From Hydrolagus colliei (lineage: Eukaryota), in contig CM068761.1 in assembly GCA_035084275.1 (NCBI GenBank), forward strand, positions 1,178,001 through 1,242,000: a stretch of 64,000 bases of DNA, in the 5' to 3' direction. A program made the translations under genes and the position numbers. Positions 40,348 to 54,267 of the stretch are shown here, piece after piece; positions within the stretch are counted from its first letter, which is position 1; every line of letters starts with the position of its first letter. The notes under the pieces are model-generated. The model had not been told where the DNA came from, ran no database searches, and saw nothing but the letters and a program-made list of their open reading frames with translations.

Positions 40348-41407
40348 GTAACACCCTCATGTTCACAAGTTCTCTTGATTCAATTGTGTCCACTTGAGGT
40401 GAATCCTGATTGTGTGAATGTGTGTGTGTGTGTTTCTGGTTTAAGGTCAAGTCTGTCTGCGTGTGTGTGATTGCAACATACCTCCGAATAGCAATCGAGC
40501 ACACCTCGCTACCCTCTACCCCCCCCCCCCCCCCCCCCACCACCTCCCCTTCTACCCCAGGAGACTCGACAGTCAATTGTGTACCCCAGCTGACACACAC
40601 CAGCACAACACAAGACGCATGATAAATCAATTATTCTTAATGCCGGCTTCATCCTGTCAAGCTTCCCCCCTCCCCCCGTATTACACAATTAATCTGATGA
40701 GGGGTCTGTGACTGCGCACAACAATTCCAGAGAGTCCAGAGAGTCTGGGCTGAAATTGAACTCACAATGATGTAACATCTTGAAACTGCTCAGCGTGTAT
40801 CTCTTGCATTGTAATTGCAGCCCTCGCTGGCACAGCTAAAGACAGATTGCGAGCAGCAGTCTCTTGGCCTGCTCTATAAGCCTGCACTCGGCCACAATAG
40901 TGTTCCTCGAGAAATGTTAAGCCAAATAAGTCTGGCCCGTCATCCAAATATTGAACAATTAACAAAGCTCAAGCTTTGCGAATGAATACTTATTTTACAA
41001 TTGAAATGCTTCACGTTGTACTGAGCTCTGTCCTCCGGAGTTTGCGGATTGATATCAATCTTTAGCTTATTATTTAAAAATATATATATTTCGGGTTCAA
41101 ATCTTGCATTTATTCAGTGGCTTTTGATTCCCCAAATATTTACAAAACCTTTTTGCTTATTGATCGGTGAATTTCGCTAATGGCAAGCAGGATTTGAATT
41201 TCTCTACGGTTTTTATTTTTGATCAACCAACATTCTTCCTTCTCTCCCGAATGTTCCCGATCAATTTTTTTTTACACACTGAGGTTTGGTGTCACTGAGG
41301 GATCTATCCACTTCAGGACAATAATAGCTCAAGTAACCAGTGGCCACGTTTTGAGTTTTGAGTGAGACTTTTAGCTGTCTTTTCAGCTGCTCTTGGCATC
41401 TAAAGTT

Positions 41408-41470
41408 CAGCGCCTTGGGACGTCCTCCCGACGTGAAAGGCGCACTGTATAAATGTAACTCTGTTGTTGT
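41408..41470 (+). mobile_element. L2-type 3' tail with stem-loop and (TTG)n end
   Basis: agcgccttgggacgtcctcccgacgtgaaaggcgc..tataaatgtaac..gttgttgt. The same tail occurs near 5463, 48415, 55560 and 58248 (+) and near 28317, 38555, 42765 and 61510 (-). Confidence 0.7.
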
Positions 41471-43358
41471 AAGGTGATTTCAGTCCTGCACTCACTCCAC
41501 TCACACAAAAATGTTCTGGTGTGTACTTGCCTTAAGCTTACAGTATTTTTTTCCCCCAGTTGTTGAATCGAGGCAGGTTTTTAGTGGCAGAATAATAGCA
41601 AATGAAATGGGCTATGTAATATCCTGAAGCTTCGCATTTGACAGTAGATGTGCCTTTCCCCTTAACAAAGCCCTTCCCAGTTATAAGTTATCTGTATTCT
41701 CATCTGTTCACCTCGTATGGTTGACTTGAGCACTGCGGTAGCGTCTCTTGTGAAAGATCATTCATGGGAAAGATGTGTCATGAATGAATAATTGACTCCT
41801 GGTGCAGCGAAGGCGTGAACAGACATCAAAACTAATCATGTCTGTGTTTTTTTCCCCAACTGCATTTCGCTCCAGAAATAGGTGGGCAAGCCTTGATGTG
41901 ATAATATGCCCAATCCTTACAGTAAAAGGTGTTCACACAGCACATTTTGTCTTCCGTGCTTGGATTGTTTGTAGGGCAGCTGGAGTGGTGAGGCAAAAAT
42001 ATTGTTTCCATCGAGTCTACTCCATTTTAATTTGGCAATTTAGGAGACCAATAAATGGGAAGGAAGCTCGCTTTTATTAAACCATTTTTTAAATGTCAGT
42101 TTTATTCAGCGTTTTATTAAATCTTTCTGAGCAGAGAAAATTGCTTCCAATAAAGTTAATAAATTTTCTTTGTGATCAGGGCTGTGATGGTCAGGCTGAT
42201 GGCACCATCCGATGCAATCTTGTTCTGCCTGAAAAATAAAATTCTCCCATCTTTCACACTTTTGTCCATTCAGATGCTACCGACCATAGGAAATATCGAT
42301 CTCCAAACCTGAGCGAATCACAGAGAGAGGGAAACCCACTTCTAAACCGGCGGTAAAGCGCGAGAAGCTAGCTCCCTCGTTGCTGTTACTGGGTGCACTT
42401 GTAGGAATTGGGGCAGTTAGGAAAAGAGCGTTCATGTCATTTTCTTGTCATCCACTTTGGGATGAGACGTTGATCGATGACCTCAATACATAATGCAACG
42501 GTTGAACCTTTAGCAAAGGTTTGGAGTTGCTATCGTGCGGGCAGAATATCTGACTGTGTGTTAGGGAATTGCAGCTCGGTGCAGATGCTATTTTTCAAAA
42601 AAAAGGATAGAAAAACACTTTTACTGCCAGCGCTGTGTTGTCGAAGAGGAAATTGGACGGTGTTAGTTTTGGTGCGAGGCTGAGTGAGGGAGGTAGGCAG
42701 GCAGGCAGGCACAGGTGAATGTACTAACACATGAGTGAGATAAGTCAATCAACCTCTCATCACCAACAACAACAATTACATTTGTATGGAGCCTTTCGTG
42801 TCAGGAAGGTGCCGGACAATCAGTGATTTGGATCCGAGATGGAGTGGTGGGAGGGGTGGTGAGGTGGGATTGGGAACAGGAGTGATGGAGATCTGGATCT
42901 TTCAATAGCCAGAAGGTGGTATATATTAACTCCCTACGTTTGCGTGTGTGCAAATCATTGCAAGTTAAACATTCACAATTTTGGCAACAGTTCACAATTC
43001 CACCTTATGAAACCTCTTACATTTTAATGGCCTATTTGAAAATTGGTTGATCGGGCGGGTATTGTGTGGGTTAAAACACCAGAATAATTTAATAGTAATC
43101 TGTTTCCCCCACCGTGTGAGGATGTGTGCTTGTTAATGTGATGTTTCAATGATACTCAAGCTGTTCCCATCAGCTCAGTGTTCAGCCAAGATTGTTCATT
43201 GCGTATCCAAATTTTAAAAAAGTCAACTAACTTGTTTTGGGATAAGCTTCGAAGATTAATTTCTCGAGAGTTGCTAGTGATAATTTATAATATTTTCACT
43301 GTTGAGTGCCAGTCGGTTTAACTTTGACTTGAGTTGTTTAGGAGTTGATGTCTGGAAT

Positions 43359-43393
<35 letters not shown>

Positions 43394-43896
43394 AAAATGT
43401 ATTTATACCCTGTCTGCAAGATGCATTTAGCTCCCAGTGAGTCTCAGTATATTGAAGTTTAATGCGAAACACGAGTTGCCGAACTAAATGCATCTCGCCA
43501 ATAGGGGTCCGCAGTTCTTTATCTCTCCCAGTTCTACTGTGAATACGCACGGGGAAGTGAAATTCGAATTTCTGTCGAATTTCAGATTCATTTCTCCCTC
43601 CCCACCATTACAGCTTTCAATCTGTCGTATACCCTCAACTTCTAACAGTTCATTGCATATTTGAAAATGCACGATTTCAATTGTATCTTATCTCCAAATG
43701 AATTTATCTTCCAACATGGAATTGTCTTTTGTATGAAATTTGTGGAATGGTTGCATAACCGTTCTGGGGGAAACTCGTCTTCAGAGAGCTGTGCCTATAA
43801 TTGACTAAGTTATGCAAGTGTCATTTTGTTGTTTTTTGTGTTTAATTGAATAATTGAAAGTATTTAGTTGAGACATCTTGATATAACGCATATGCT

Positions 43897-43965
43897 ATAG
43901 CGCCTTATCACATCATTGAGATGTTTCAAAGCACTTCACAGAACATACATTAAGGTGAATTGACT
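43897..43965 (-). mobile_element. SINE 3' tail fragment
   Basis: atagcgccttatcacatc..gagatgtttcaaagcacttcacagaa...gtgaattgact. Confidence 0.7.
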
Positions 43966-44416
43966 ACTTTTTTGACGGATTGTTTGTAATATTACTGCAA
44001 TTCTAGTATTTTGCCACTGGAATATTGCAAAGTAACTTCCAACACACGCTGCCCTGTACCCACGACGCACGGTGTCAGGGTTTGGGTTCTCAAGTTAGAG
44101 ACTACATTGACTATTCACAATGGTATTTTCCACAGGGTTGGGTAAAATTTTAACAGCTTCGTCCTATTCCTATGATATCCCCCCCGACGCGTTCTGACTG
44201 CCCAGGCAGGAATTTAACATTACATTACAATTTATGCTTTGGGGTTGTGACTATTGCTGCTGGGATATCATTGGGGGGTTAGGTTCCCCACACAAGCTGT
44301 GTATCTCAGGCAGAAGGAATTTTGCACCGTATTCTCTTCTAATTTACAGTTTCACACTGAGCTGCAGGAATTCAGTCCACCTCCAGCCGCTTTGCTCGGA
44401 CCTCTGAAGGTTGTTG

Positions 44417-44545
44417 GAGTTCTGTAGGGAATTTTTTACAGCACTCGCCTCGCCAGCGAGAGGAACCAGGTTGAATTCCCGAGCGGCGTGAAACCTTAAG
44501 GAAGTTTCCTTCCTCCACACACACACACACACACTCACACTCACA

Positions 44546-44585
<40 letters not shown>

Positions 44586-44750
44586 CAAAAATCCCTTCAA
44601 TCCCCGACAGTTCGTGGTGCACTGCTGTGCGCAACTGACTGCCTCATTTCACCCACAAATTATAGTCGGTTTACTTAACACTACATTCTGTGAAGCTCTT
44701 TAGGACGTCTCAACGACGTGATAAGACTCTACATCAAATGCAACGATTAT
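44417..44750 (+). mobile_element. tRNA-derived SINE with internal (CA)n expansion
   Basis: Head cagcactcgcctcgccagcgagagg..gaaaccttaaggaagtttcc, (CA)n at about 44515-44580, core and tail acgtctcaacgacgtg...atcaaatgcaacgattat. Confidence 0.85.
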
Positions 44751-46821
44751 CATTCCTGGTCATCTAATGTTAAGTGATCCAACGCGTGTGCAACTCTGAG
44801 GCTTGAAGCGAGTGTCTGTTTCTTTGTTGAGGTGCAATAAATCATTTTAAACCAGAAGCAGCAGCTATTTTGACAGCCCGAATGAGGTAGTAGGCACGCT
44901 ACACAATGCTGGAAGTTGAAATGTGATTGCACTGCAGTTTTCTTAACTCGTCAGCACTGACCGATAGAACAGAAACTCTCATTTGCTAAACATTACTCTT
45001 CTCTTTAAATATTTAATTGGCTTCAGTTGTAACCACTGGGGTGACCTGTTTTCCAGGTATCGCATTTCAGCTCGTACTCGTGTGTTTTCATGAGTGAACA
45101 CCACCCTGTTAACCAAGTTCAGTCCTAACCTGACTTTGTTATCTTGGCTTCCTCAAGCTTTTCCAGGCTCGCGGGAGGGTGATTGGAAAACGCTGTTTAT
45201 TTGCTGCTTTGTTTGATAAAAAGTATTTTTGATTGCAAATGAACGTGTTGAATATGCAAATCACAAAGCCTATGGTTTGTTCAGTTTATCAAAGCTTGAA
45301 GGGTTTATTGCTTTCCTTCCCCCACCCAACCCCACAGCCAGTTTCTTGCACAGGGTATCACTCTTTACAGTGGATTGGGGTTTGATCGTACAGCTCAACC
45401 ATCCTTCCTGATGTCACCCTTATTAGTTACCCTCTGCATAAAGAAATGCTTCCTAGTGAATTACTTTTCTCGGCCCTGAACCCATATCCTCTTCCTCGGT
45501 TGCCTTGTCGTGTCATTGTATTATTCTGGGGTGACTTTGAGTCCCATTTACATTCTTCCCCCCCCCCCCCCCCCCCCCACCCCCACTTGAGAGTTTACTC
45601 TAAACCACGTTCCTAACCTAGAATGATTTTTTCCCGCAGTCTCTTTCCATTAAAAAAATTCCCTGGCGACTCATCAAAGTGCAAGAGTTCCTCCTCTCTC
45701 GGAGTTGTTTTATTTTGACCTTTTCCTTCATCACTGGGTCTCTTAATTTAAGTGGCCAAAGGAATTCCAAGTGTCCCTCGCTCTTGCTATCAGGTTTGCA
45801 GGAATGCTGGGTGGTTGGAATGACGGGGGAAGATAAACTGGGATATGTAATGGTTGGGAGGCCAGGGGTCGATATTATTTGGCACGTGTGACCTTTGGAG
45901 GTTATGCGCAGAGTTTGGTGGTGTGACCGCTGAGCGAGCGGGCTATTTTCTGCCCCAGTAGATGTGTTGCGTACCTGCCGGCGTGGGTTAGTCCTAGTCT
46001 GTTTTTTATTGTTATATAAACTCGCCATCTGTTAACCGTTCTCATCAGTGAACCAACCTGAAGGTTTTGCTCATTCTATGGGGATTGTTTTGTGTGTAGC
46101 CGGCAGGAAAGGAAAGTACAGCCTGACCTCTTAAGTTCCCCATTCCCGGTCTCACCTGAGATCAGCAATAGATTTCCAGTGGAGCGGCTGTGTTGACAAT
46201 TTTAAGTCACCTCAGATGTAAGGAACACATGTCTGTCACCTTCCTGCTCCCATCGTGTCTCCATCACAGAGAGACAAACACTGACCAATAAACACAGTAC
46301 CAATAATACTCGCATTTGATACGGTTCTTGTCACAGAATGAGGTATTGTAGACGCGCCACCTTGACAGCACAGCTGAGAGCAATGTGGGTGTTGGATTCT
46401 AACGGGGCGGGGGGTGGTGAGGGGGGGGGGGGGGGGGGGGGGGGGGGAGAGAAAAGAGGCAACTAGAGGTGACGGCCACTGAAGGCATTTGAAATGCGCT
46501 GAGTTGTACTATAGCTGCTGTGAGTCTGGTTGCCGTACCGCGAGCAGCGATAAGTGGATTGAAAAGCCGTTAGCACGAAAAGGTCATGTGTGCATCGGGC
46601 GCTTTCAGCTTCTACAAGAATGCCGCCCATTGTCGGTTTCCGAGGAAATTCCCGCAGTGTGGTTTCTTTTATTCTTTGGACTCGGGGCCCGAGGGGACGG
46701 TGAGAGCCGCGGCTTTTTTCAGAAGCTGAACCAGGAAAGAGCCATCGTCTGAGAGGTGTTCTGAGACGCGTTGCTTCTCTCCTTAAAATAGCCCTGGCCT
46801 CACAGTGATTGTCCTGATTGT

Positions 46822-46991
46822 CCACACACACACACACACACACACACACCCCACACACACGCACCCAACCCACACACACATGCCCCACGCACACACACAC
46901 CCCACACACACGCACCCAACCCACACACGCCCTACGCGCACACACACGCACACCCCACACACGCACCCCCCCCCCACACACACACACACAC
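46822..46991. repeat. Compound (CA)n microsatellite with higher-order duplicated unit
   Basis: acacacaccccacacacacgcacccaacccacacac occurs twice and a partial third time. Confidence 0.9.
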
Positions 46992-49899
46992 AGCTCGTTA
47001 TTCAAGTTGAGCAGAGATTTTTGCCTCCTGATGTTTCTATGGCAACATGAGCCCTCGGAGTCTCTCGGCTCCTTTGCACGGTGAGCCAGCTCAGTGCAGC
47101 TGTTTGATGAAGTTCCTTCTTGTTAAAGGGTTTCCACAAGGGTCTGAGCGATAGGGCAGCGGGGAAACGCACCCGGAGTGCACATGTTCTCACAGCCTCT
47201 CATAATATGAGCTCATTCACAGAATCAAGCAAAGTCGGATTGGTTTGGCTGGCTGGCTGGGCTGGGCTGTCTATTGGAAGGCAAGTTATTGAATGTCAGC
47301 CAGTTAGTTGAAAATTACATGATTCAATTTATATGATGATCCTATCACTAGTCCTAATCCAGCCAGAATATACGTTAGAGTCTGGCGTGTGACCTGACAC
47401 AATTAATTTCATCTGTGAATCCTCCAGTCACATCTGTATTTAGTTACCTGCTTCTGCCCAACTCTGAGGGTCTGTTTAAGTGGTTATCCTTCCACCGATG
47501 AGTCTTTGTGGGCTGAGTTGTGTCTTTGTGGGCTCTTTCCTACAGGCACATTAATGCTGATCTTTATTTTCACCAGACAGTTTTAATCGCCGTTTCATTA
47601 AGCATTTTGTGAGTTGGGCAGTTTGGCTGGGTTACAGCGGGGATAGCTCTCTCTGGAGCTCGACAGGGTTGACTTGTGTTGATCATCAAGTGGTCGATTT
47701 TGAAACGTGTGAATTCCGGAACTCAGTGGAAAGGAGATAAGCGGGGGCAGCGAGCCCTGTGAGTGAAAATTTCAACGCGTTTGCGTTCTCCTCGACTCAT
47801 TTCGAACCGTGGCCGTGCGGGAGAGCCGTCCACACGGACTTTGGTGCCCGTTTCATAGCTCCTGCGTTTCCAAATCATTTCTAATTTTGTTCTCTTTATC
47901 TGAGCAATGTGTGAGATGTTTGACAGTGAGGTAACGGGTGTGTGTGTGTGTGTGTGTGTGTGTGGAGGAGGGGAGGGGAGTTGAGAGCCAGTTGGAAGCT
48001 GGCTTGCTTCCTCAGGGATTTTTTGACAGCTCAGATGCTGAGAATAAAACTTCTGAGCTTTAACAGGAAAGTCACAGCAGGAAATAATTAGCAATTTTGA
48101 AACAAAAACCATGCTCTTTCAGTCAGCCTTTGGGAGCTGGTTATAATCCAGGCTTTACACCAAGATGCGTTATAGACTCAAACCTGGTGTGTTCCCAAGC
48201 GTTCTGGGTCTCGCTGCCCTGTCTGGAAGGTGCTGCTGAACTGCAAGTTGTTGCTGTTTTTGTTCACCTTTTTCCCCCCAAGAAAACTGTTCCTCCATGA
48301 GCTTTTTTGACCATCCGAGTGATCCATTAAATGCCAAGAGAAATTGGAGCTCAATACTGAGAGTCTAAACGCAGCGTTCAGTCACTACACTTTAAAATAA
48401 ATCCTGTGAAACTCCTTTGAGTCGTCCTCCCGATGTGAAAGCTGCTGTTTCATACGGTAGGGTCATTTATTGCTCTGGAATAAGTCAAAAGTTGCATTTT
48501 CAATAACAAATTATCCCTTTTTATAATCTTCAGCCTGTTCAGTTCACTAGCACTGACTTCCTTTCTTCGTAAGCTGGTTCTGACATCAGTGTCTCTCTCT
48601 CTCGCTCTCTTTCTCCTCTCGTTTGCTTCTTGCCTGTTAGACAGGTTATGCTGAGTTTCCGTGTGTTAATGATTGTCGCTGTGTAAACCCGGGATGAACC
48701 TTAGGCGCTTGTCCTCACTTGCACATTCAGGCAGTTCTCAAAGACTGTAACCCGAGAGTGGCTGTGGACATATCCTGTATATTGTGATCGCAAAACCATG
48801 GACCCACCGCTTCCTGCAATTTACAGTTTGTATTTGTTTAGGAGCCAAAGGCGACATTAGAATTTGGGAGGTTAACCCTTTGATGGTCCAGCCTTGAGCT
48901 ACAAAGATAAGTTTTCTTGACAAACTGATGCCTGACCTGGTAGAGATTCAGTGCCACTGCCTTCTTAAGATTCCCCCCCAACCCCCCACCCCCGCAAAAA
49001 AAAAATCATCATCTCCCTTTGGTGTCCATGGTGTTTGAATCTGATGAGGAATTTTTGCGAAACCGGTGGATTGAGATGCTCAGTGATACACAATTAACAA
49101 GACGTGAACTGTGTCTCCCCTTCGCAGTCCCCCAGCCATGGTAACATTAGAAACTGATGCTCTGTGTGTGTGTGTGTGTATGTGTGTAGTTCTTTCACAA
49201 CATGCTGTTAAATCTACCCCCTCAGCCATGAGGTCAGGCTCCAAGCAGTAAATCAACCAAGGATGGTTTCAGCGTACATTCTGCTTGTCTCGTTAGTTCT
49301 GTCTATGAGGCGGAAGCCAATACAACAGCCACAAACAGTTTGTGATTTATATAGCGCCCCCTCATGCAGAGTAGCGGCGTTCCAGCGCGCTGTAACACAT
49401 CACACTCAACTGACTGTTTTGGAGGCGTTGTTGGAAGCGGTGCGGAATCTATTCGAGTGTGATTCAGCAACTTCACGTTATGGATTTGTTGAGCATCTGA
49501 AGCCGTAGGTGTTACTTTTGGCACAAAACGTGTTGTATAACAATAGCACTTCACCACCATGTACAATATTCCATTTCCAATTGAACTGTGATGCGTGCGT
49601 GTGTGCGTGTGCGCATGTGTATGCGCGCGCAGCATTTTTGACGTGTTCTCATATCAATTTGTGAGAGATCAGGAGTTCCACATTGTGTGTTGACATTTGA
49701 GCTCTGAGGCTACAAATGATTTGGGCCCTGACAGATTGGCTCCCAGTATCCTCCCATCTGGACGTGTGGAGTTGACGGGTTGGAGAGTGATTGTCCTCCC
49801 CACCACCAATTAGATTTTGTCCTCTTTCGAATCTTTCTAACTCTGTGCAAAACGCTGGCTGCAAGTCTCAAACCTTCCGCCAGCCACCCCCCCCCACCA

Positions 49900-50170
49900 C
49901 GAGAGGCTGATCATTTGGGGGAATAAATGACTGCCCTGGAACTTTGGAACTCCATCCCACAGTCCTTTTGGTCCTCTCCTCACCCACACCCTCGCTTCCT
50001 TCCTTCACCTAAGGACCTTCCTCTTCCGACCGTGCCTTTATAGTCACCTCCCACTCCGCCCTCCTCCCTGCCGCTACCCCTCCTGATAACCCCCCTCCCC
50101 CTCCCCAACTCGGGTGCAAACCATTGCCTGTCCCATGCCTTGAGATGTCCTCCCGACCCAAAAGGTTTTC
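49900..50170 (+). mobile_element. L2-type LINE 3' end
   Basis: actttggaactccatcccac...ctaaggaccttcctcttccgac, a pyrimidine-rich 3' region, and tail gccttgagatgtcctcccgac. Confidence 0.6.
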
Positions 50171-51010
50171 ATTATTGTTATTCCTGATACAAACAGCAAG
50201 AAAAGGCCTTCATTTGTTGCCTTGTCTCTTACTACCTGGATGTAGGGAAGGAGGCAAGCGAGCAGGCAGGAGTGGGAGGAGAGTTTTGGTCAATATGGAT
50301 CAACAAGATCGAGGGTTGTTAGAGCAGCACTTCACTGTGTGTGTGTGTGTGTGTGTGTGTGTTCAGAGGGAGATAGAAACAAAAATGCTGTCTTTTGATG
50401 TCGGGGGAATTTTTTGCGTGGGATGCCTTAGTGAACCACCGTGGGAATCACCCTGTTCCAACTCATCAAACGATCTGGATTTGAAACCTCCATTGCAAAA
50501 CGCAAGGAGCAATATTTTCCGAGCGTATCCAGCTGTGCTGTGAAATCAGAGCAGGCAGCCCAGATCTGGAGCCGAGAGTCCGACTTGACTACTGATCGCT
50601 GACGAGTTCAATCACGGAGGATAGCGCGGAACTAAAAAAAAAAAAAAAAAGAAACTTGGCGAACAGGAATCAAAACAAGGAAGGCTTCAAGGCTCTTCGT
50701 CGACTCATTGATCGCCACCTGTAAACCGTGCGGCAAACAGGAGGCCGGGCCGTGCAGTCACCACACCTGAAGTCACATTGCCGGAAGTGGTACTGGATCC
50801 TGTGCAAGGGTCTGACCACAAGCTGCATCTGTGTACATCTCTTGTGGCTGCGCCCGCCACACCCTGGAGGCAACAGTGAAACTGTCTGACTGTAAAACTG
50901 GAATTACTGAATGAGGTTGAGGTATTTTTAGCCTTAGAAAAGAGGGGAGGCTGCAGAGTGGTAGAGGAGCGGGACTAAAATAATATCTGCGGACACAGTA
51001 TATAGTTTGT

Positions 51011-51343
51011 GGAGTCCTGTGACTCAGTGGTCAGAGCACTCGCCTTGCGTTTGAGACCTAGGTTTGATTCCAGGCAGGTCAGGGCAAAACCTTGGGCAAG
51101 TTTCCCTACTTCACACACCTGACGATAATCCCTCAAGGAAAGTACTGTAATAATACATTGGTGGCTTCAATCCACGCCTGTTTGTGGAACACAGCTGTGC
51201 ACAACTGGCCTCCGCGTTTCTCCCACAAGTACACGGTCAAATTCAGTTTACAGTATATTTTTGAATCGCTCTGAGACGCCTAGAATACATGAAACGCGCT
51301 ATATCAAATGTAAGGATTATTATTAAATGCAAGGATTATTATA
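51011..51343 (+). mobile_element. tRNA-derived SINE, full length, with duplicated terminal motif
   Basis: ggagtcctgtgactcagtggtcagagcactcg...aaatgtaaggattattatt-aaatgcaaggattattat. Confidence 0.92.
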
Positions 51344-52832
51344 ATTTGGGACACGACCTGTGCCAGGATGGTGGAAGTCAAACTGGATGGACTTTGGTCT
51401 TCTTTCATCCAGCAATTCTTATGTTCTTACCTTAATATACACCCAGAGCAGTAGCTTGAGGAACAGAAAGGCAGTAGGACACAAGGAAACGTTTCACTTT
51501 GTCCTGATGTAAATCCTGATGATCTCACAGATGTTAAAAGGTACTATACACAATGCAAGGATTGTTATGTTTGACTGCAAATGTCAAGACTGTAGACTCT
51601 TGTCAGAAAGGATAATTAGAATCCTTGCATCCGAGTGACCAAATTATTATCATTTTGTTCAAATGAGATGAGATCAAATGGGCAGAGGGGGACGCCTTGA
51701 TCAGAGTCCGTGGTGGTTGATTTTTGGGGGTAAATTAATAATGCTGCAGAATACAATTTGAGCCTGTTTGCTTGCCCAGCCCTGGTGTGATCTCAGTGTA
51801 CAGACTCTCGAGATCTGAGAGAATAGGAGACGAATGACTTGTCAACAGTGGGACATTTGCTGGAGCACTCTCCAGTAATGACTGAATCACACTGCGCGTC
51901 TCTCAACCGTTCCGTTCATCTTCAGTGTCGTTAATTCACTCCCAACGCACGCTGCTGTGGGAAACTGCGCACGCCAGGAGGGGAAAAAAATTCCCTAAAA
52001 AAGGTTTTTTAAAGCGAATGCTTCTCTCCCAACTCTGCAAAGAACGAGAGTCTGCGCGGAAGGGATAGCTTCTGCACCGAGAAGATTTGTCTCCTGAGGG
52101 ATATTGACCCTGCTATAGATTTATCTGTTCCTCCCTTGAACAGTCCTAAACTACATCATAAAACGCCACATTTTGTCACCGATACTGATGGCTTGTGGCT
52201 GTTGGCAATTTTGCGGATGAACACCGCCATCAATAAGGCAAAGGGACAGCGTTCGGAGTCCTCAGTAACTGCTGCGTACACGTTCATGTCCTCCCGCCCC
52301 GACCGACCGACAGACAGACCGACAGACAGACACGCGACTAAATTCTACTCAAAACAGGCCTCGACTTTACGTGCAGTACGTCGTTTGGGGACAGCTATGG
52401 GAGAGGCTGTGTTCTCCGCAGCCCCAGCTCTCCAGGATCAAAGAGGACTTTAGTGGTTAAATATTCAGCCCAGGGTTTTACTTTTAAACCAGTAAGTAGG
52501 AACGCGATTGTTAAGTCGATTGGCCCTCAGAGGTAATAACCTCTCTGAAATATAATAATAATTAACATTATTCATCGATACATTTGGCAAAGAGTTGTCT
52601 TGAGTGATACAGCGCACAACACACACAAAGTCTGTCCCACATGAAACCCCACCTGTTCCCTTTCCCCTGCTTCCTGCTCTCTCGTGTGCGCAGCGAGGAT
52701 GAAGAGGAGGCCGGGGGTTTAATGCTGGATCGGCTGCCCCCAGCCACCACTGAATTGTGTTGCGTTTGTCTTGAATAAGTGATGGTAATCCTGTGTTAAC
52801 TAACGGGCGGTGTGTGGTTCGTGTGTCCGCAG

Positions 52833-52960
52833 GCTACGAGCTGCTATACCAGCCCGAGGTGGTGAGACTCTACCTATCGCTGCTGACGGAAAGCCGCAAC
52901 TACAACACCCTGGAGGCCGCGGCGGGAGCCCTTCAGAACCTGAGCGCTGGCCACTGGACG
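52833..52960 (+). CDS. ARVCF: ARVCF coding exon, ARM repeats
   Basis: gtccgcag|GC ... ACG|gtgaga. Encodes YELLYQPEVVRLYLSLLTESRNYNTLEAAAGALQNLSAGHWT. Confidence 0.96.
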
Positions 52961-53996
52961 GTGAGAAGTGAAGCGGGAATGTTTCAGCACAAGCGAATAA
53001 AGCTGGCGTTCGGTCACGTCAGTCGGGGTGGGGGGGGGGGGGGGGACAGACATTTAATACGGCCTGACTTGTCTGGCGCAGAGCGTACGGGTGTGATGTC
53101 AAACCTGCGGAGAATGTCGACCCTTGCTGGGGACTCGGGCAGGTGTTCCCACGATGGGATTTTCGTGTTACGATCAGACTTGTTTTGAGCTTTTAATGTC
53201 GAGACGTTGCGATGGCCTCTCAGCCACTTTGAATCTCGCTGCTTTCATTCTCAAGTGGAGAATTCGGGCGCATTTCGTTCAGGTGAACTTTTAACAGCTC
53301 AGGGATCTTTCCTTCGCTCTCTCTCTCTGTGTGTCTCTGCGTGTGTACAATGCGTATTGTATTTACCAGGTTTAACGCTTTCAGAATTGCCGTTTCGCTC
53401 ACTCACGTTAGTTTTGTTGGGGGGGGGTGGGGGGTGGGGGGGCGGTGGTGGTGGTTGGGGGTGAAGAGGAGAGAATCGATCGCGTTGTACGTTCTTCGTG
53501 CCCTGAGCAGGAGTGACCTTTTTTTGTTGCCGGCTCGCGCTTTGAAACCTCGCCTCTCCCTGTGTGAACGTTGTCTGAATCAATATGCTGCAATTTGATC
53601 AGCGCAGCGTTCCCCCATCAGCTGCTGGTTATTGCCTTTTCTTTGTGTTGTTGAATTGGAATAGTAACCGTTTCCCTCTGGTGGCGGAGAAACAAAGTAC
53701 ACATTAGAGGGATTTAAATATATATATCTATCTATATATTGCAAGAAGTCGCAGCTGATTAAGACAGCAAACAACACTCAGTTTACCCCCCGATCGAGGA
53801 TTAAAAAGGGGACTGTATGACCAGCTGTGTCAAATATTCCAAACATAAGTGTTTTTCTCAGTCCCTGGCCCCACTGACTGGTGTGTCTCTCCCTGTCACG
53901 CCAATGCTCCCGGCTGTCTATCCTGCCGCCTGCAATGTCTTGGTGTGCTGAGGTACCTGAATAGGTCACTCGCCAGTGCAGCAAGTAGCAGATGCA

Positions 53997-54029
<33 letters not shown>

Positions 54030-54116
54030 GATCGATGCGCAATGCCTTATACGCCGCTGGAGTTTGCCCCCAGTGTGTGTTTCGGCGGCTGATCCTCTCT
54101 CTGCTCTGGTTTCCAG

Positions 54117-54267
54117 TGGTCCAGTTACATACGCTCGACCGTGCGGAAGGAGAAGGGCCTACCCATCCTGGTGGAGTTGCTGAGGTCAGACTCCGACAAG
54201 GTGGTGCGCGCCGTGGCCATTGCACTGAGGAACCTGTCTGTGGACGGACGCAATAAGGATCTCATAG
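54117..54267 (+). CDS. ARVCF: ARVCF coding exon, ARM repeats
   Basis: tttccag|TGG ... ATAG|gtacag. Encodes [51 protein letters not shown]. Confidence 0.96.

Noticed and set aside
46463-47084. His/Thr-rich and Cys/Val-rich ORFs
   Set aside because: Artefacts of (CA)n/(TG)n microsatellites.
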